From Psammoneis japonica (lineage: Eukaryota): a stretch of 64,000 nucleotides of DNA. The notes under the pieces were generated by a model that worked only from the letters and a program-made list of their open reading frames with translations, did not search any database and was not told where the DNA came from. A program made the translations under genes and the position numbers. The stretch lies in NCBI GenBank assembly GCA_008632985.1, contig QPGO01000001.1, positions 528,404-592,403 on the forward strand. The letters are read 5' to 3'. Positions 36,201-46,790 of this stretch are shown piece by piece; the first letter of the stretch is position 1, and every line of letters starts with the position of its first letter.

Positions 36201-36883
36201 AGCCAATTGCGGACTTCTTCGTAATCCTCGGGAACACCAAGTCCTTCGTGGTACATCCAGCCAAGGTTGCATTGCGCAAGGGAGTAGCCTTGTTCCGCTG
36301 CAACCTGGTACCATTGACGGGCCTCCCCATAATCCTGTGCGACACCGAGTCCGTGTTGGTACATGTGTCCAACAAGGTTCTGCGCGTGAGAGTTGCCCTG
36401 CAGGGCAGCCTTTTCGGCCCAGCTTCTCGCAACCACATAATCTTTTGATACCCCAGCTCCCGTGCAGTAGGCAAAGCCAACGCTAGCCTGGGCGAGGGCA
36501 TTTCCTTGCTCAGCGGCTTTAACATACATAGCTACAGCTTGAGATTTGTTTTCCTTGAATCCGCCTCTTCCGTGAAACAGAATTTCTCCCATAAAATACT
36601 GAGACATCGGTTCTCCTTCTTGTGCCATTTCTTCGAGACCAGCCTTGAGGGCTTGGAGCCATGCTTGATTGGCCTTCTCCTCACTTTTGTCGAGAAGAGA
36701 TGACCTGACCACCTCGGGTTCATGAAGTTGGGCTGTAAACGCAAAATAGATGGGATCGTTCTTATTGTTTTCTTCTTGCCCCAGCTGATGAACTGTTTGC
36801 TGGGCAGTGACCCAATCAACACGCATTTCGTTCATTCCGTACAAGAGAGCGTTGATTCTGTCGTACACGAGGTGACTCGTCAT
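33248..36883 (-). CDS. Sel1-like repeat + HET-like domain + kinesin-light-chain-type TPR protein (about 1210 aa)
   Basis: 5-6 SLRs (AQxxLGxMYxxGxGVxxDxxEAxxW), a central FLSYTG...FWMDIFCVNQ...KTWVLWEIF segment, and about 9 TPRs (LGxxHPDTLxxxxNLA...A). The ORF is open to 37015; the likely start is MTSHLV at 36883. Confidence 0.85.
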   Translation of the reverse strand: MTSHLVYDRINALLYGMNEMRVDWVTAQQTVHQLGQEENNKNDPIYFAFTAQLHEPEVVRSSLLDKSEEKANQAWLQALKAGLEEMAQEGEPMSQYFMGEILFHGRGGFKENKSQAVAMYVKAAEQGNALAQASVGFAYCTGAGVSKDYVVARSWAEKAALQGNSHAQNLVGHMYQHGLGVAQDYGEARQWYQVAAEQGYSLAQCNLGWMYHEGLGVPEDYEEVRNWLDMATLQGIPGAQHNMGTMYAIGRLVKRDLREAQKWFKEGAAQGFEPSVKSLGTVTLQLQLESRIESLKLYREKLGKYNREKNISTALENLKKIRDLYSSLSVIIHATDASDDLLVVQMTSHLRSLYVRHLAEVMLTVTDKYKETISSDEITYCIATTKQLYDDATILKEDPGYENDSSVKMAVDRIEDIYKGQQRHFIPEWTRTENTTQATSEFDTWVKTNVGVSGKTVLRQEIAFAIQLYDKDCDPPMEDSSTVDSVLEMLNNTSMDGELVQWKGIQIDWFLHVFCEIRYVKQLIKLDCPLWFFRKVCVIELLRRRGIYNGPLVQHIVSAFEADSSVVSEPTSFLSYTGMYTLRQFIRTLSQLDGQEHFWMDIFCVNQFVWTGCKDYRATFSKQLVHGLEGQINEIGKTVLMLERLDDVMGALGKTWVLWEIFCTVEANARFSVLLPPQELREVLRNMEMGVDNFNESLSKIDAYNATAEDSRDREVILQHMQQKGLHAVNRAVGQQVRSWLADSACLVVDELQEDPTCNPVWLNMTLSNYSVFLKHLGRFSEAEKTCRQVIDFFQKRYGKEHRATLSSTANLAELLRRKGCLADAEKLLQDVLTCQRTLLGHDDKPTLQTAYNLAIVLASLGRLPEAVELLDETLRTCKNRFGSEDKCTLACLSLLGRCLVDQGKLPEAEPLLQEAITVSKTACGEGSREAAEASIHMGNFYENQGNFADAESLYSKTLNYFRRLLGNDHIDTLLIATHSARMLRKQGKFQQAIPLCRHIVFVSESQLGREHHHTLASVNDLAVALKDARQYAEAGELLERILPVQRRLLGSQHPDTLAVIYNLGNVRKNLFANKKAEELFREAFAGYSSVFGLTHSGTLIAMTGVAVALRDQEKIAEAGPLFEEALLLMRQHLEPDHPDTLLTTYEFAKFYERQCRFDNAETYTRLALEGAVKKLGNQHHETQKYRRGLTRVLFQQGRFAEAQVNMRSQA

Positions 36884-37074
36884 GTTGACAAGAATCGAAC
36901 CTTTGGTTAATGATGAGAACAGTGTTTCTTCCTCGCAGCGAAGAAATAAGCACCATTGAATAATCCAGAATGCGCGGGTTGGGGGACGTGTACTTGTACC
37001 GCGGTAGGGCCCCATGTCTCTGGACAGCTGCTGTCAACCGTGTGTAGGATTTGTAGGGGAATGTGAGTTTCTTA

Positions 37075-37552
37075 CAGAGCATCCGGGTTGTAACAGGAGT
37101 TCGTACCGGTACGTGCGTAATGTGTGATGAGGTTCATCGATTTTTGCAAGAGTCGTTGGGAACTGACAGTTTTCACGGAGCATCCGGGTTGCAACAGGAG
37201 TTCGTAGATCCTGCGTGTGTAATGCATGGTGAGTTTTCATCGATTTAACTGTCACACATGACAACTTGTTGCCCTTTTGCATGAGTTTTGAGCAGCGCGC
37301 ATCTTGGGGCCCTGGACCAACAGTTGACAAGTGTGACCTCATTCTGATGGAGCCGGCCGGCCGGCACCGCACCCACCCCAGTGCAGCACAGCAGCATTCT
37401 GCACTGCACACCAGAACTTTCAATTGTTCATGTGGCCTCCAATGTGTCATTGCGAGTTGACAACCCCAGTGCCGGCAGCATTCTGCGTTGCACACCAGAA
37501 CTTTTAAAATTGTTTGTGTGGCCATCAACGCATCATTGCGAGTTGACAACCA
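37075..37552 (+). repeat. Two short tandem duplications at the gene/repeat border
   Basis: GAGCATCCGGGTTGYAACAGGAGTTCGTA twice (about 37077 and 37178); an about 87-bp unit ending TCATTGCGAGTTGACAACC twice (37375-37552). Confidence 0.7.
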
Positions 37553-37662
37553 CCGATTTTTCACTCACGACACCACCGTGATGACACGTTCTGTCGAATG
37601 AGCTCGGGCCCACCCGGAACAGTTGCCAAGCCATTTGGGCACAGCTGTGTCAATGAGATGCT

Positions 37663-38057
37663 GACGGGTTCCAGTGCCAGGTGGGACTTTTTGTGACATT
37701 TGCCCCGCAGAATTCTGCGTGCGAGCTCTGCAGTTCATGCTCTGGCCAATGGACACATTTGTCTTTGACACAAAACAAACAGCCAAGTTTGCAGTGCACA
37801 CATCTCTGTTCGTACTCAAAGTTTTGGACAACGCGCCTGCCCTGCACCATTCTTAAGACACTCGAGAATGGCGCAGAAGAAAAAAACATCAAAAGTTGTT
37901 GAATGGATCGCCTGACAATTGCACTGTAAAATGATGCAAAATTTCACCAAAATCACGTAGAAATGTGCGTGCGCGACATGCGATGCGATTCAAAAAACTG
38001 TCGATGTCACAGTTCAGCACCGGCAGCACGAGGTCCCACCTGGACCTGGAACGCGTC
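37663..38057 (+). mobile_element. MITE, GAC-TIR family, copy D
   Basis: TIRs as in copy C; TSD TGCT. Confidence 0.9.
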
Positions 38058-38574
38058 TGCTGCTTGCGGATCACACACATCTCATTGGCTCAGCAATTTT
38101 TCGTGGTTCACAAAAATGAATGATGGCAAAGGTTTCACGTGTTGTTTCATCATGTGCTTGGTGTCAATCCCAGTGGAAAACTGCACAGGCCTGCTCTGAG
38201 CCACAAACGCACATGCGACACATGCTGATGACCTTGTGCAGTCTTGCCATGGTCAGTGCCCCCAAGAAAGGCTTGTTTTTAATCTGTTCTTGAAACTGCA
38301 CTGACAAATGCCCCAAACGCCTGTGGTGGACAGAATTTGTTCAAACAGCAGCACTGTCCAGACACATCCCCAAGGGTGCAGCACCAGATGCAACTTCACC
38401 AGTCTTTGCTGTGGCTGGGCTCCAGCCAGCTGCTCTGGCTGGCAGCAGAGAGCACCATAGAATGGACTGCTGGAAATCCCAGAAATGACCTGAAACAGTC
38501 ATTTCTTGACGTGTCTGACAACCATGTTAAGAAATCACTGAATGAAAAGTGTTTTTGGACAAAGCTTTCATCAA

Positions 38575-41018
38575 CGGGGACCCCCCACAAGTCTGTGCAT
38601 TGTCCACAGCTCCTTCAGCTCCATGATTGCTGCGTGACATTTTTTCATTACAAAAACAGCAAACCAACCGTGGAGATTGCCGAGGCCGCATGGCTTCTCA
38701 TTGCCACTTTTCCAGCTGTGGTTCTAAGCACCGGCTAAATGCGCTCATCAAAACCCGGTTTTGCGCTCATTTGTGCGCTGAAACTGGCTGCGTGCATTCT
38801 GCGTAGATGCAGTGCTGACAGATGACGTCACAGCCTCCCTCCACCCCTGCGCGCACTGTCTGCGCGCACTGTCTGCGCGCTGCCGCGAGCTTCACAACCG
38901 TGACTGAGATCTCAGCATGCGACATTCTTGAGAGATCTGCATGTTTGAACAACTGAACAGCAAGCACTGTCACTTGCTTGAGCAGGTGACAGCTGCAAAT
39001 GCATGCAACAGTGAGTTTTATGACATGGCTGTCACTTCTTGTCTCTGCTGGAGAGGGCTGATTGCTTCTGTTGCAGTTGCAAGCTCATCACGAGTGCGTT
39101 GCAACGTTTGGGTGTGGCGCCACATAGAATCCTGGCATGTTTCTACGCAGCAGTGCATTTTTGCGCATTTGGTGCAAAATGAGACCCAAAAACTCAAAAA
39201 TGCGCACTGCGCATTTAGCCGGTCCTCATGTGGTTCCATGTGTGAGGATGGACAGCAACCTCATGCTGAAGCCACTGCAATGTGGTGGCTTTCCAGGACT
39301 CCATAAAAGTCCAGTGTCTCATCTGCCCTCTAAGGCGCATCAAACTCAGTTGCCCTCCCAGCAAACAACTGCAGAGGCAAGTGCCACTGCGCTGTTGCTC
39401 TGGCGGGTGAAGAACTCCAACACAATTGCTGTGAGGCACAGAGTTTTGAAGGGTGTCTTCCTCAAAGGATTGGGGACAAACATCTCCTCAGCAATGCAAG
39501 GGTGAAAAGGACTCTGTGCGGCAGTGGTGGAGGCAATTCAAACATTGTTGGCAGCAGGCCACTCGCACAAGAAGAACAAAGGTGGTGCTTCTCCTGATGC
39601 TTCTGGCAATTTGGAAAAATGTCACAGCAATTCAGAATCCAAGACTCTTGATGATGGTGGATCCAAAGAATTGGGTGAGAAATTGGTTGATTTGTTGATT
39701 GCTTCTGCAAATGAGCTGCGGCAGAGCAGCACACCCTTGCATGCCGGCATGCAGCAGGATGACACTTGAGAGCGGTTTCTCTGTGTTGGAGTTGCTTGAG
39801 CACAGCAATGGCTGTTCACACATGATCACAAGACACCAATGCAATGCTTTGCAGAGTGTTTCCATTTGACAACGACCGGAATCAAGGCCATCCGTGAGAA
39901 CACAACATGACTGGTGGTGTGTTGGGTGTTTCTCTGTGTGGGAGTTGCTCAAGCACTGCAGCAATTGCCATCACAAGACGCCAATGCAATGCTCTGTAGA
40001 GTCTTTCCATCAGACACAACCTGGAATGAGAGTGACAGAATCAAAACCTGGAATGCAGAGTTGTGGCAAATGCTGTGCATGCTGACAAACAGCAGTGTTT
40101 GCAGTTGCAGTTGTCCCAGCTCAGACCATGTTTCTAACCCTCAAACTGTCATTCTTTGATGGGCAGGCATGGTGAGTGTCCCACAAAAGACAGTTTGACT
40201 TTCCTTTTTTGTTTCCGGTGCCTCTGACTGAATGCATGTTTGTTTGTTGCCACCAATCCACAAAAGACAAAGCTTGTGGTGATTTTCATGTTCAAAACTT
40301 CTCTGTCAACAAAGGGACAGCCAAGGGCATTCTGCATCTCTTGCTTGTGCCTCTTCCTTCATTTCTTTCCATCGGCTTTGCCTTCCATTTGGGCAACCTG
40401 GTGGAGGCATTTGTTGTGTCACTGGCTTGGCGACGGCAACATAGAGACAAACAATTGTTGTCACAAAAACACCTGATGCTGTCAATCCTTTTAATCAAAT
40501 GTCACCAATGTGAGCAGAACAAATGATCTGTGTGAAAGTGTTGACAACAGGACAGTTGCAATGACCAAACAAATGCTTGTAAGATGCAAGATGTTGGCGC
40601 AACATGACAAAGAACATTGACATTTTGCGACTCACCCGTGGCACTGAAACCCTGGTTTTCTTCCATGCTGGCCCCGTGCATCATCCACCAGGATTGCATG
40701 CTTCTCTTCATTGGCTTTTTCTTCCATTTGAGTGGGCTTGGAGGCGTTTGGGGCATTGCTGCTGACTGGCAACTACAGCAACATTGAGATGCAACTGTCA
40801 TTGTTGCAAAACACTTTCTGCTGGCAATCCTTTTCACCAAATGTCAGCAACAGGAGCAGAACAAATGATTTGTTGAAAAGGATTGCCAGCAGAACAGCTG
40901 CAACAAGGTTGGCATGCAACAGATTCAAAGGGAAGTTGTTGTGGTTGATGACACGACAGGGACATGTTCAAGAAAGTTGCTCGATTGGACAGACGTGCAG
41001 ACTTGCGGGGGGTCCAAG
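38575..41018 (+). mobile_element. Non-autonomous TTAA-type (piggyBac-like) element, older copy of 57133-58710
   Basis: TIR CGGGGACCCCCCACAAGTCTGTGC / GTGCAGACTTGCGGGGGGTCCAAG; flanks TCAA and TTGA (both derivable from TTAA); colinear with the 57133 copy. Confidence 0.8.
38725..39228. mobile_element. hAT-type MITE nested in the TTAA element
   Basis: 8-bp TSD TGTGGTTC (38717-38724 and 39229-39236); TIR TAAGCACCGGCTAAATGCGC / GCGCATTTAGCCGGTCCTCA; absent from the 57133 copy. Confidence 0.85.
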
Positions 41019-41144
41019 TTGATTAAAAAAGTTGCAAAAACACAATTTGGTCATTTCCCATTTGTTGCTTCTACAAAACAACTTGCAGTTTCAGATTCAA
41101 CAAATCCAGTTTGTGATTTTGAAATCTTGAATCATGTGGTTTAA

Positions 41145-43396
41145 GGCTGGATCAATGTTTGGCAGCATTTTTTAAAATGGCTCGTGATTTTGTGATTTTC
41201 TTGCACTTCGCCCATGTCATTTTGCAATGCCTCTGAGACTGGCCACACAAAAAGGTGCTGACGGAGCTCAAAACAGCTCGGATGTTCGATTTTCAGGCAC
41301 TTGCACTGATTGAAAGCTCTTGTCGAGTGCTTTTCAGCCACGTGTGTGTTGTTTGTCAACTCCTTTTCCCTGATGAATGGAGGCCGGTGTGACACTTCAA
41401 CGGTCAAAACAATTTGTCATGGAGCATGTGCACACATGAAATTTGGTCATTTGTCATGCGATTGCATTCTGTGTGCTTTTTCTCAACGAACATTTTGGCA
41501 GCTTGAGAGTGCCCGTCAGCACCTTTCCATGTGGCCAGTCTCAAATCATGCATCTCTCGTGTGCACAGCATTTTTGTGTGAAATGCTTGAGCAGATGGGC
41601 TTTGCAGGTGTCTGGAATGAAGACGTTCTTCAAATGATTTTTTCTTTGGTGTCCAATTCCTCATTGCATGTGTGTCACAAACTTCCTCAGCAAACTCAGC
41701 GCTGATTGTGCAACAGCACATTGGACACAGAGATTGCTTTGCAGGTGGAACACCCACCAGAAAATGTCGCAGAAAAATTGCTCATGTTGACATCCAAATG
41801 ACTGCAACAATTTTGCCAAAAATCATCCGTTGTGTTGCAAATCCTCATTTGTCACACTTTAAAACACAAACGGCACAAAAAAATGACATTGCAACACTGG
41901 TGCAAGTCTTGTTGGTGTTGCAAAACATTCAAATTTGGACAAATCTGCACTTTTGTTGGTGAAAACTCGTTTGCAAGTAAGAGACCGTGCAAAAACTGCA
42001 CAAATGTTGTTTTTGTGCATGATTTGGGTCACTTGTGGCTGGAACACGTGAAGGGAGCACCATTTTCCAGTTGGTGCTCGACAATGATGCACACGGCCTC
42101 AAAAACAAATTTGATGTTTGTCACAGAGTTCCATTCTCAACTCAATCCCACAATTTAACAGGGGCTCTTCCCCAGTTTCTGTGCATGACTTTGGCATGCC
42201 CATTGTCTGGAGGGGGCACAACTCTGCATCCAGACACAACGCCGAGTCCCAACAATGTCTGCTGATGAGCAGAGCCGCGGCAAAAGCAAAATGACACTGT
42301 GCATCTAAACAGAAACGAAACACAAAAACTTTAGAGGACAACAACAAACAAACATCATTGACACACTCGCCACATTCAAGTTGCCTTCTTTCAATGCTGT
42401 TGCCACTGCATTGCAGCCCCAGCAACGGTCAATTCATTCACACAGTCATGTCGCGGCAACAAAAATGAATGAATTGTCTGCATCTGAACACAAAAGAAAC
42501 ACAAAAACAACAGATGACACCAATGAACAAATGAAAAAGGCATGCTCACAACACTCGATTCACCCCACATCAAACATCAACCCCATTGCCGCTGCAGTGC
42601 ATGCAGCCCCAGCAATGGTCAATCATTTGTGAGTGGAGCCAAGTTGCAAAGAAAGCAAAAAACACCCTCTCCATCTGAACAGAAAAGAAACACAAAAACT
42701 TTAAAAATTGCCAACAAACAAATGACATCATCACAAACTGCAAATTTGAGTTGCCTTGTGTCAATGCAAGTGCCCCTGTGATGTTGTCCCCATGGCGGTG
42801 CATTCATGAATGGTGCCGTGTTGCCATGGTGCGGCTGCTGCTGTTGATGGTGCACGTCATGGTTTTTTGATGAACAAGACATTTTTGAATTGTCTTGCCA
42901 CCCAACAACAGATTCTGCTTTTAACACACTGCACATGTGCTCCTTGTGAAAGATTTTGTCAGCCAACAACTGCATTGTTTAAGATCACATGCAGTTTCAG
43001 ATTGTGGCAAAACAGTTTGAGATTGCAGCAAATCTCAAACTGGCTGGTTTGAGATTTGTGAATCTCAAACTGCACAGTTTGAGGATGGATTGTCCAGATG
43101 AGGTCTGTTTGTTGGCATTTCCTGGAAAGTTGTGGCATGTCTCCCATGAGCAGTGCAATTTTGGTGAAAAACAGTGGTTTGTCAAATGTGACAACTGCAC
43201 CAAATCCAACAATTGGCATTTGAGGGTTGAAGTGTGCAGCTCACATGCAGATCTGACAGCCCTGATGGAGGCTGGACACACTCACAAGTGTTTGGGGGTG
43301 CTCAGAGGCATCACAAAACAACACGGGTGAAGTGCAAGAAAATTTCAAAATCACAAGCCAATTAAAAAAAATGCCTCATCTGGGCAATCCATCCTC
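41145..43396. mobile_element. Mosaic of TIR-element fragments (GGMTGGATC-terminus family at 41145 and, inverted, ending about 43396; right end of the 56776 element at about 41790-42050)
   Basis: TTAA|GGCTGGATC at 41141; 43100-43396 is the reverse complement of sequence at 50512-50780; 41820-42049 matches 57105-57128 plus 58715-58913 without the nested insert. Confidence 0.6.
42285..42760 (+). repeat. Degenerate tandem repeat, about 3 units of 180-190 bp
   Basis: CATCTRAACA(G/C)AAA.GAAACACAAAAAC at about 42302, 42481 and 42672. Confidence 0.65.
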
Positions 43397-44894
43397 AAGA
43401 TCAAGCATGGTTCAAGAGTGGAAAATGAGCAAAATGTCCCAAAGACAATGTTTGGACACAACAAGTCATTTTGAAAGAAAGCAAAGAAAATGTCTTGAAT
43501 GGTCTTGTGCATCATTCATTTCCATTCATGCCAGCAATCTTCAACTTGGCAAAAACATTTGAAATGACCTGATTCATTCAGTCATTTTTGGCAATGTCCC
43601 TGAACTCCAAGAGAGAAAATTTGTTGCATGCATGTTAAAACAGCAATGAATGTGTGATGAGCAGAACAAAAAAAATCCATCACCAACAAATGAGTGACAG
43701 TTGTTGTCACTTGGGAAATCCAAATGCTTTGAGAGAAACTCAAAGCATCCCAGTGATGTCCATTTAACATGAGACACAACGCATCTTGAAGAGCTCTTCT
43801 CAAGCTTTCTGCCAACGTGCAGGTTGTGGGGTTGTTGAGGACATCCTGAAAACCAGGCCTGCAGGGAGCGTTGACCACTTGTCTTTCTTTGTGGGTGCAG
43901 GTGTGTGCCGTTGCATGCTGCATTGCCTGCATGTGCGCAGGGCCCCACCACCGCGGCCGGCAGATTGTGGCGGCAGAGTGGCATGGCCACCACACCGGTG
44001 ACGTGGATGACCATCATGTTTGATGTCTCATGCCATTTTTGGGGCTGCAGCAAGGTGCACGGACACTCTTTTTTTCCAATTTGTTGCCATGACAATGCAT
44101 TGCACAAACTCACTTGTTGTTTGATGTGTTTTCCCCAATGTGAGTGTTTCATGCAGAATTCACAATTGGTTGTCATTGTCAACAATTGAGTGCATTTTTC
44201 AACATGCCACACCGGCAATCCCAGTTTTGACAGCACTTTTGAGCTCTCCTGAAAACAGTTCCACACGCACCCATCGCAGGGAATTGTTGATTTTTCAAGG
44301 ACATCCCCATGACCTCCAATGTCCCCAATGATCATTCCAAGAATTCGAACAGCTCATTTGTGCCAAACAACCCATCCCATTCCAAAATCCGAGGGACACA
44401 CTTTCAAATTCGGACAGACCAACTGCCCAACTGCCCGACCCCCCGACTGCCCAACTGCCTGACCCCCAACTGCCTGACTGACACAAAAACGTCTGCAATC
44501 ACCAACCACTGAGTGGTCAATGAAAAGTTTGCAATGTGTTTCAATGGCACGGCATGGAGATCTGAATGAATGAAAAAATGGCGACAATCGGCCTGTCCTT
44601 CTGTGCATTTAGAAAACTTGTGTGGGATTCTGTGCGTGCAATTTTGTGTGGGGCGATGCCAAATGGCAGTTGCGCAGCCATCAGCTCCTCATTCAAATTT
44701 GTGTGGGGCCAATGCAAATGGCACTTTTTTGATGATGATGTGGCAGCAGTGTCTTCAGTGCATTCCTGCAGCCACACCACAGCACATGCTTTGTGATGTG
44801 ACAATGTGATGTGTTGGAAAGTTTGAAATGGAGAGCTGCCTCATTGGCGGCATCTCTGATGGTGTTGCTTTCAACATGATTTTGTGAACTGAAT

Positions 44895-46790
44895 GTGGTG
44901 GCACTGGCGGCAGCAGGAGCCTTTTGCTGCATTTGCACTGGCAGCAGTTGGAGCCTGTGTGCCGCTGGCAATTGAGGTGGTCATGTCCTTTTTTGTCTGG
45001 TGGCGGTGGGTGTCCCTCTGCACGCTTCTGGCGCTGGTGGTGGTTGGAGCTTTTTTGCTGCCACTGGCAAAGTGGGAGCCTGTACACAGCCACCAGCGGC
45101 ACTGGTGGCAGTGAACACATGTGTGCCACTGGCACTGGAGGCAGTTGGAGCCTGTTGTTGCTGGCACTGGTGGCAGCGGGTGCCTGTGTGCCACTGCTGC
45201 ACTGGCGCTGGTGGCGGTGGGAGCCTGTGTGGCTGCTGGCACTGGCTGCGGTTGGAGCCTGTGCACCACTGGCTGTCAAGGTGATTTGAGCCTTTTCATC
45301 TGGTGGCAGTGCCCACCCCCATGTCCCACTGGCACTGGTGATGGTTGGAACTTTGTTGCTGCTGGCAGTGGTGGCTGCCAGTGGGAGCCTGTGTGTGCCA
45401 CTGGCGCTGGTGATGGTGAGAGCATGCACGGCTGCCAGCACTGGTTGAGGCAGTTGGAGAGCATGTGCACTGGTCCGCCAGCACTCAAGGTGGTTGGAGC
45501 CTTTTTGTCTGGTGGCGGTGGGCACCCCTGCATGCTGCTGACACTTGTGGTGGTTGGAGCTTTCTTGCTGCTGGCAGTGGTGGCAGTGGGAGCCTGTGTG
45601 CTGCCAGCAGTGGCAGTGGTGGGAGCCTGTGCACAGCCACCAGCAGTGGTGGCTGTGGGAGCTTCTACACTGCCAGCAATGGGGCAACGTGCTTTTCAAA
45701 AATCCGGTTCCCGTGCCAATCTACACAATTTCTGTGCATGTAGAATGTGCGGTGAATTTCGTGGTGATCAATTTGAATTCACTCCAACACACACAAACAT
45801 CACGGCAACAACGCCGCAACATCGGCTGTGGCCACACACAACAACAACAGCCAACTGGGGGGTTCTGGTGCACCAAGACGACAACTCACATGACAACAAA
45901 TGCAGCAAAAATGTTGGATGACAATGATCAAGTTATTTTGGGAGCTGGTTGAGCGATTGGTGACAACTGATTTTTTACATGCACAACTTGGTGCTGAAAG
46001 CACGCAGAGTTTTCAGCCATGGTGGGGCTGTTGATTTTCACTTTTTGTGGAGTGCATTTGGAGTTTTCTCGTTTGACTGCATTGATGAATCACTGAATGA
46101 GCATGCAACAAGAGATTTTGATGAAACGTTGGATTTTCACTCATCATGGAGGACTGTCGCGGGGTTTTTAGCACGGCGAAGCATGAAGGGACAATTTTTG
46201 CCCGGATTTTGCAAAGATCCTGTGTCCTGTCGAATTCGCATGCATGACATCAGTGGATTTGTGTGTTTTTTACATGCAAGAAGCATGTTGACATTGACAT
46301 GCCAGCACTGGTTCTGTGCAAGTGGGGTTCCACTGGGAACCGAATTTTTGAAAGTGCGTTGCCCCGTTGAGGCAGTTGGAGCCTTTTGCTGCTGGCACTT
46401 GTGGCAGCAGGTGCCTGTGCTCTGCTGCTGTGGCGCACTGGTGGTGGTGGGAGCCTGCACAGCCACTGGCGCTGGCATCAGTTGGAGCCTGTGCACTGCT
46501 GGCCATTGAGGCAGTTGGATCCGTTTTTGTCTGGTGGCAGTGCCCACCCCTCTGCATGCTGCTGGCGCTGGTGGTGGTTGGAGCATTTTTGCCACTGGCA
46601 TTGGTTGCAGTGGGAGCCTGGTTGCTGCTGGCATTGGTGGTGGTGGGAGCCTGTGCACAGCTGCCAGCACTGGAGGAGGTGGTTGCATGGTGGGGGCACC
46701 TGCCCCTGCATGCTGCTGGCAGTGCTGACACTGGCAACAGTTGGAGCCTTTTTGCAATGATGGTTCTGGTGGTGGTGGGAGCTTGCCAAC
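44895..46790. repeat. GC-rich minisatellite arrays (about 30-35-bp unit), 44895-45690 and 46365-46790
   Basis: Recurrent TGGCACTGGTGGCAGTGGGAGCCTGTG / GCAGTTGGAGCCTTTTTG(T)CTGGTGGC variants. Confidence 0.75.

Noticed and set aside
44895..46790. CRISPR-like array
   Set aside because: Units are degenerate tandem repeats without unique spacers, the context is eukaryotic and there are no cas genes.
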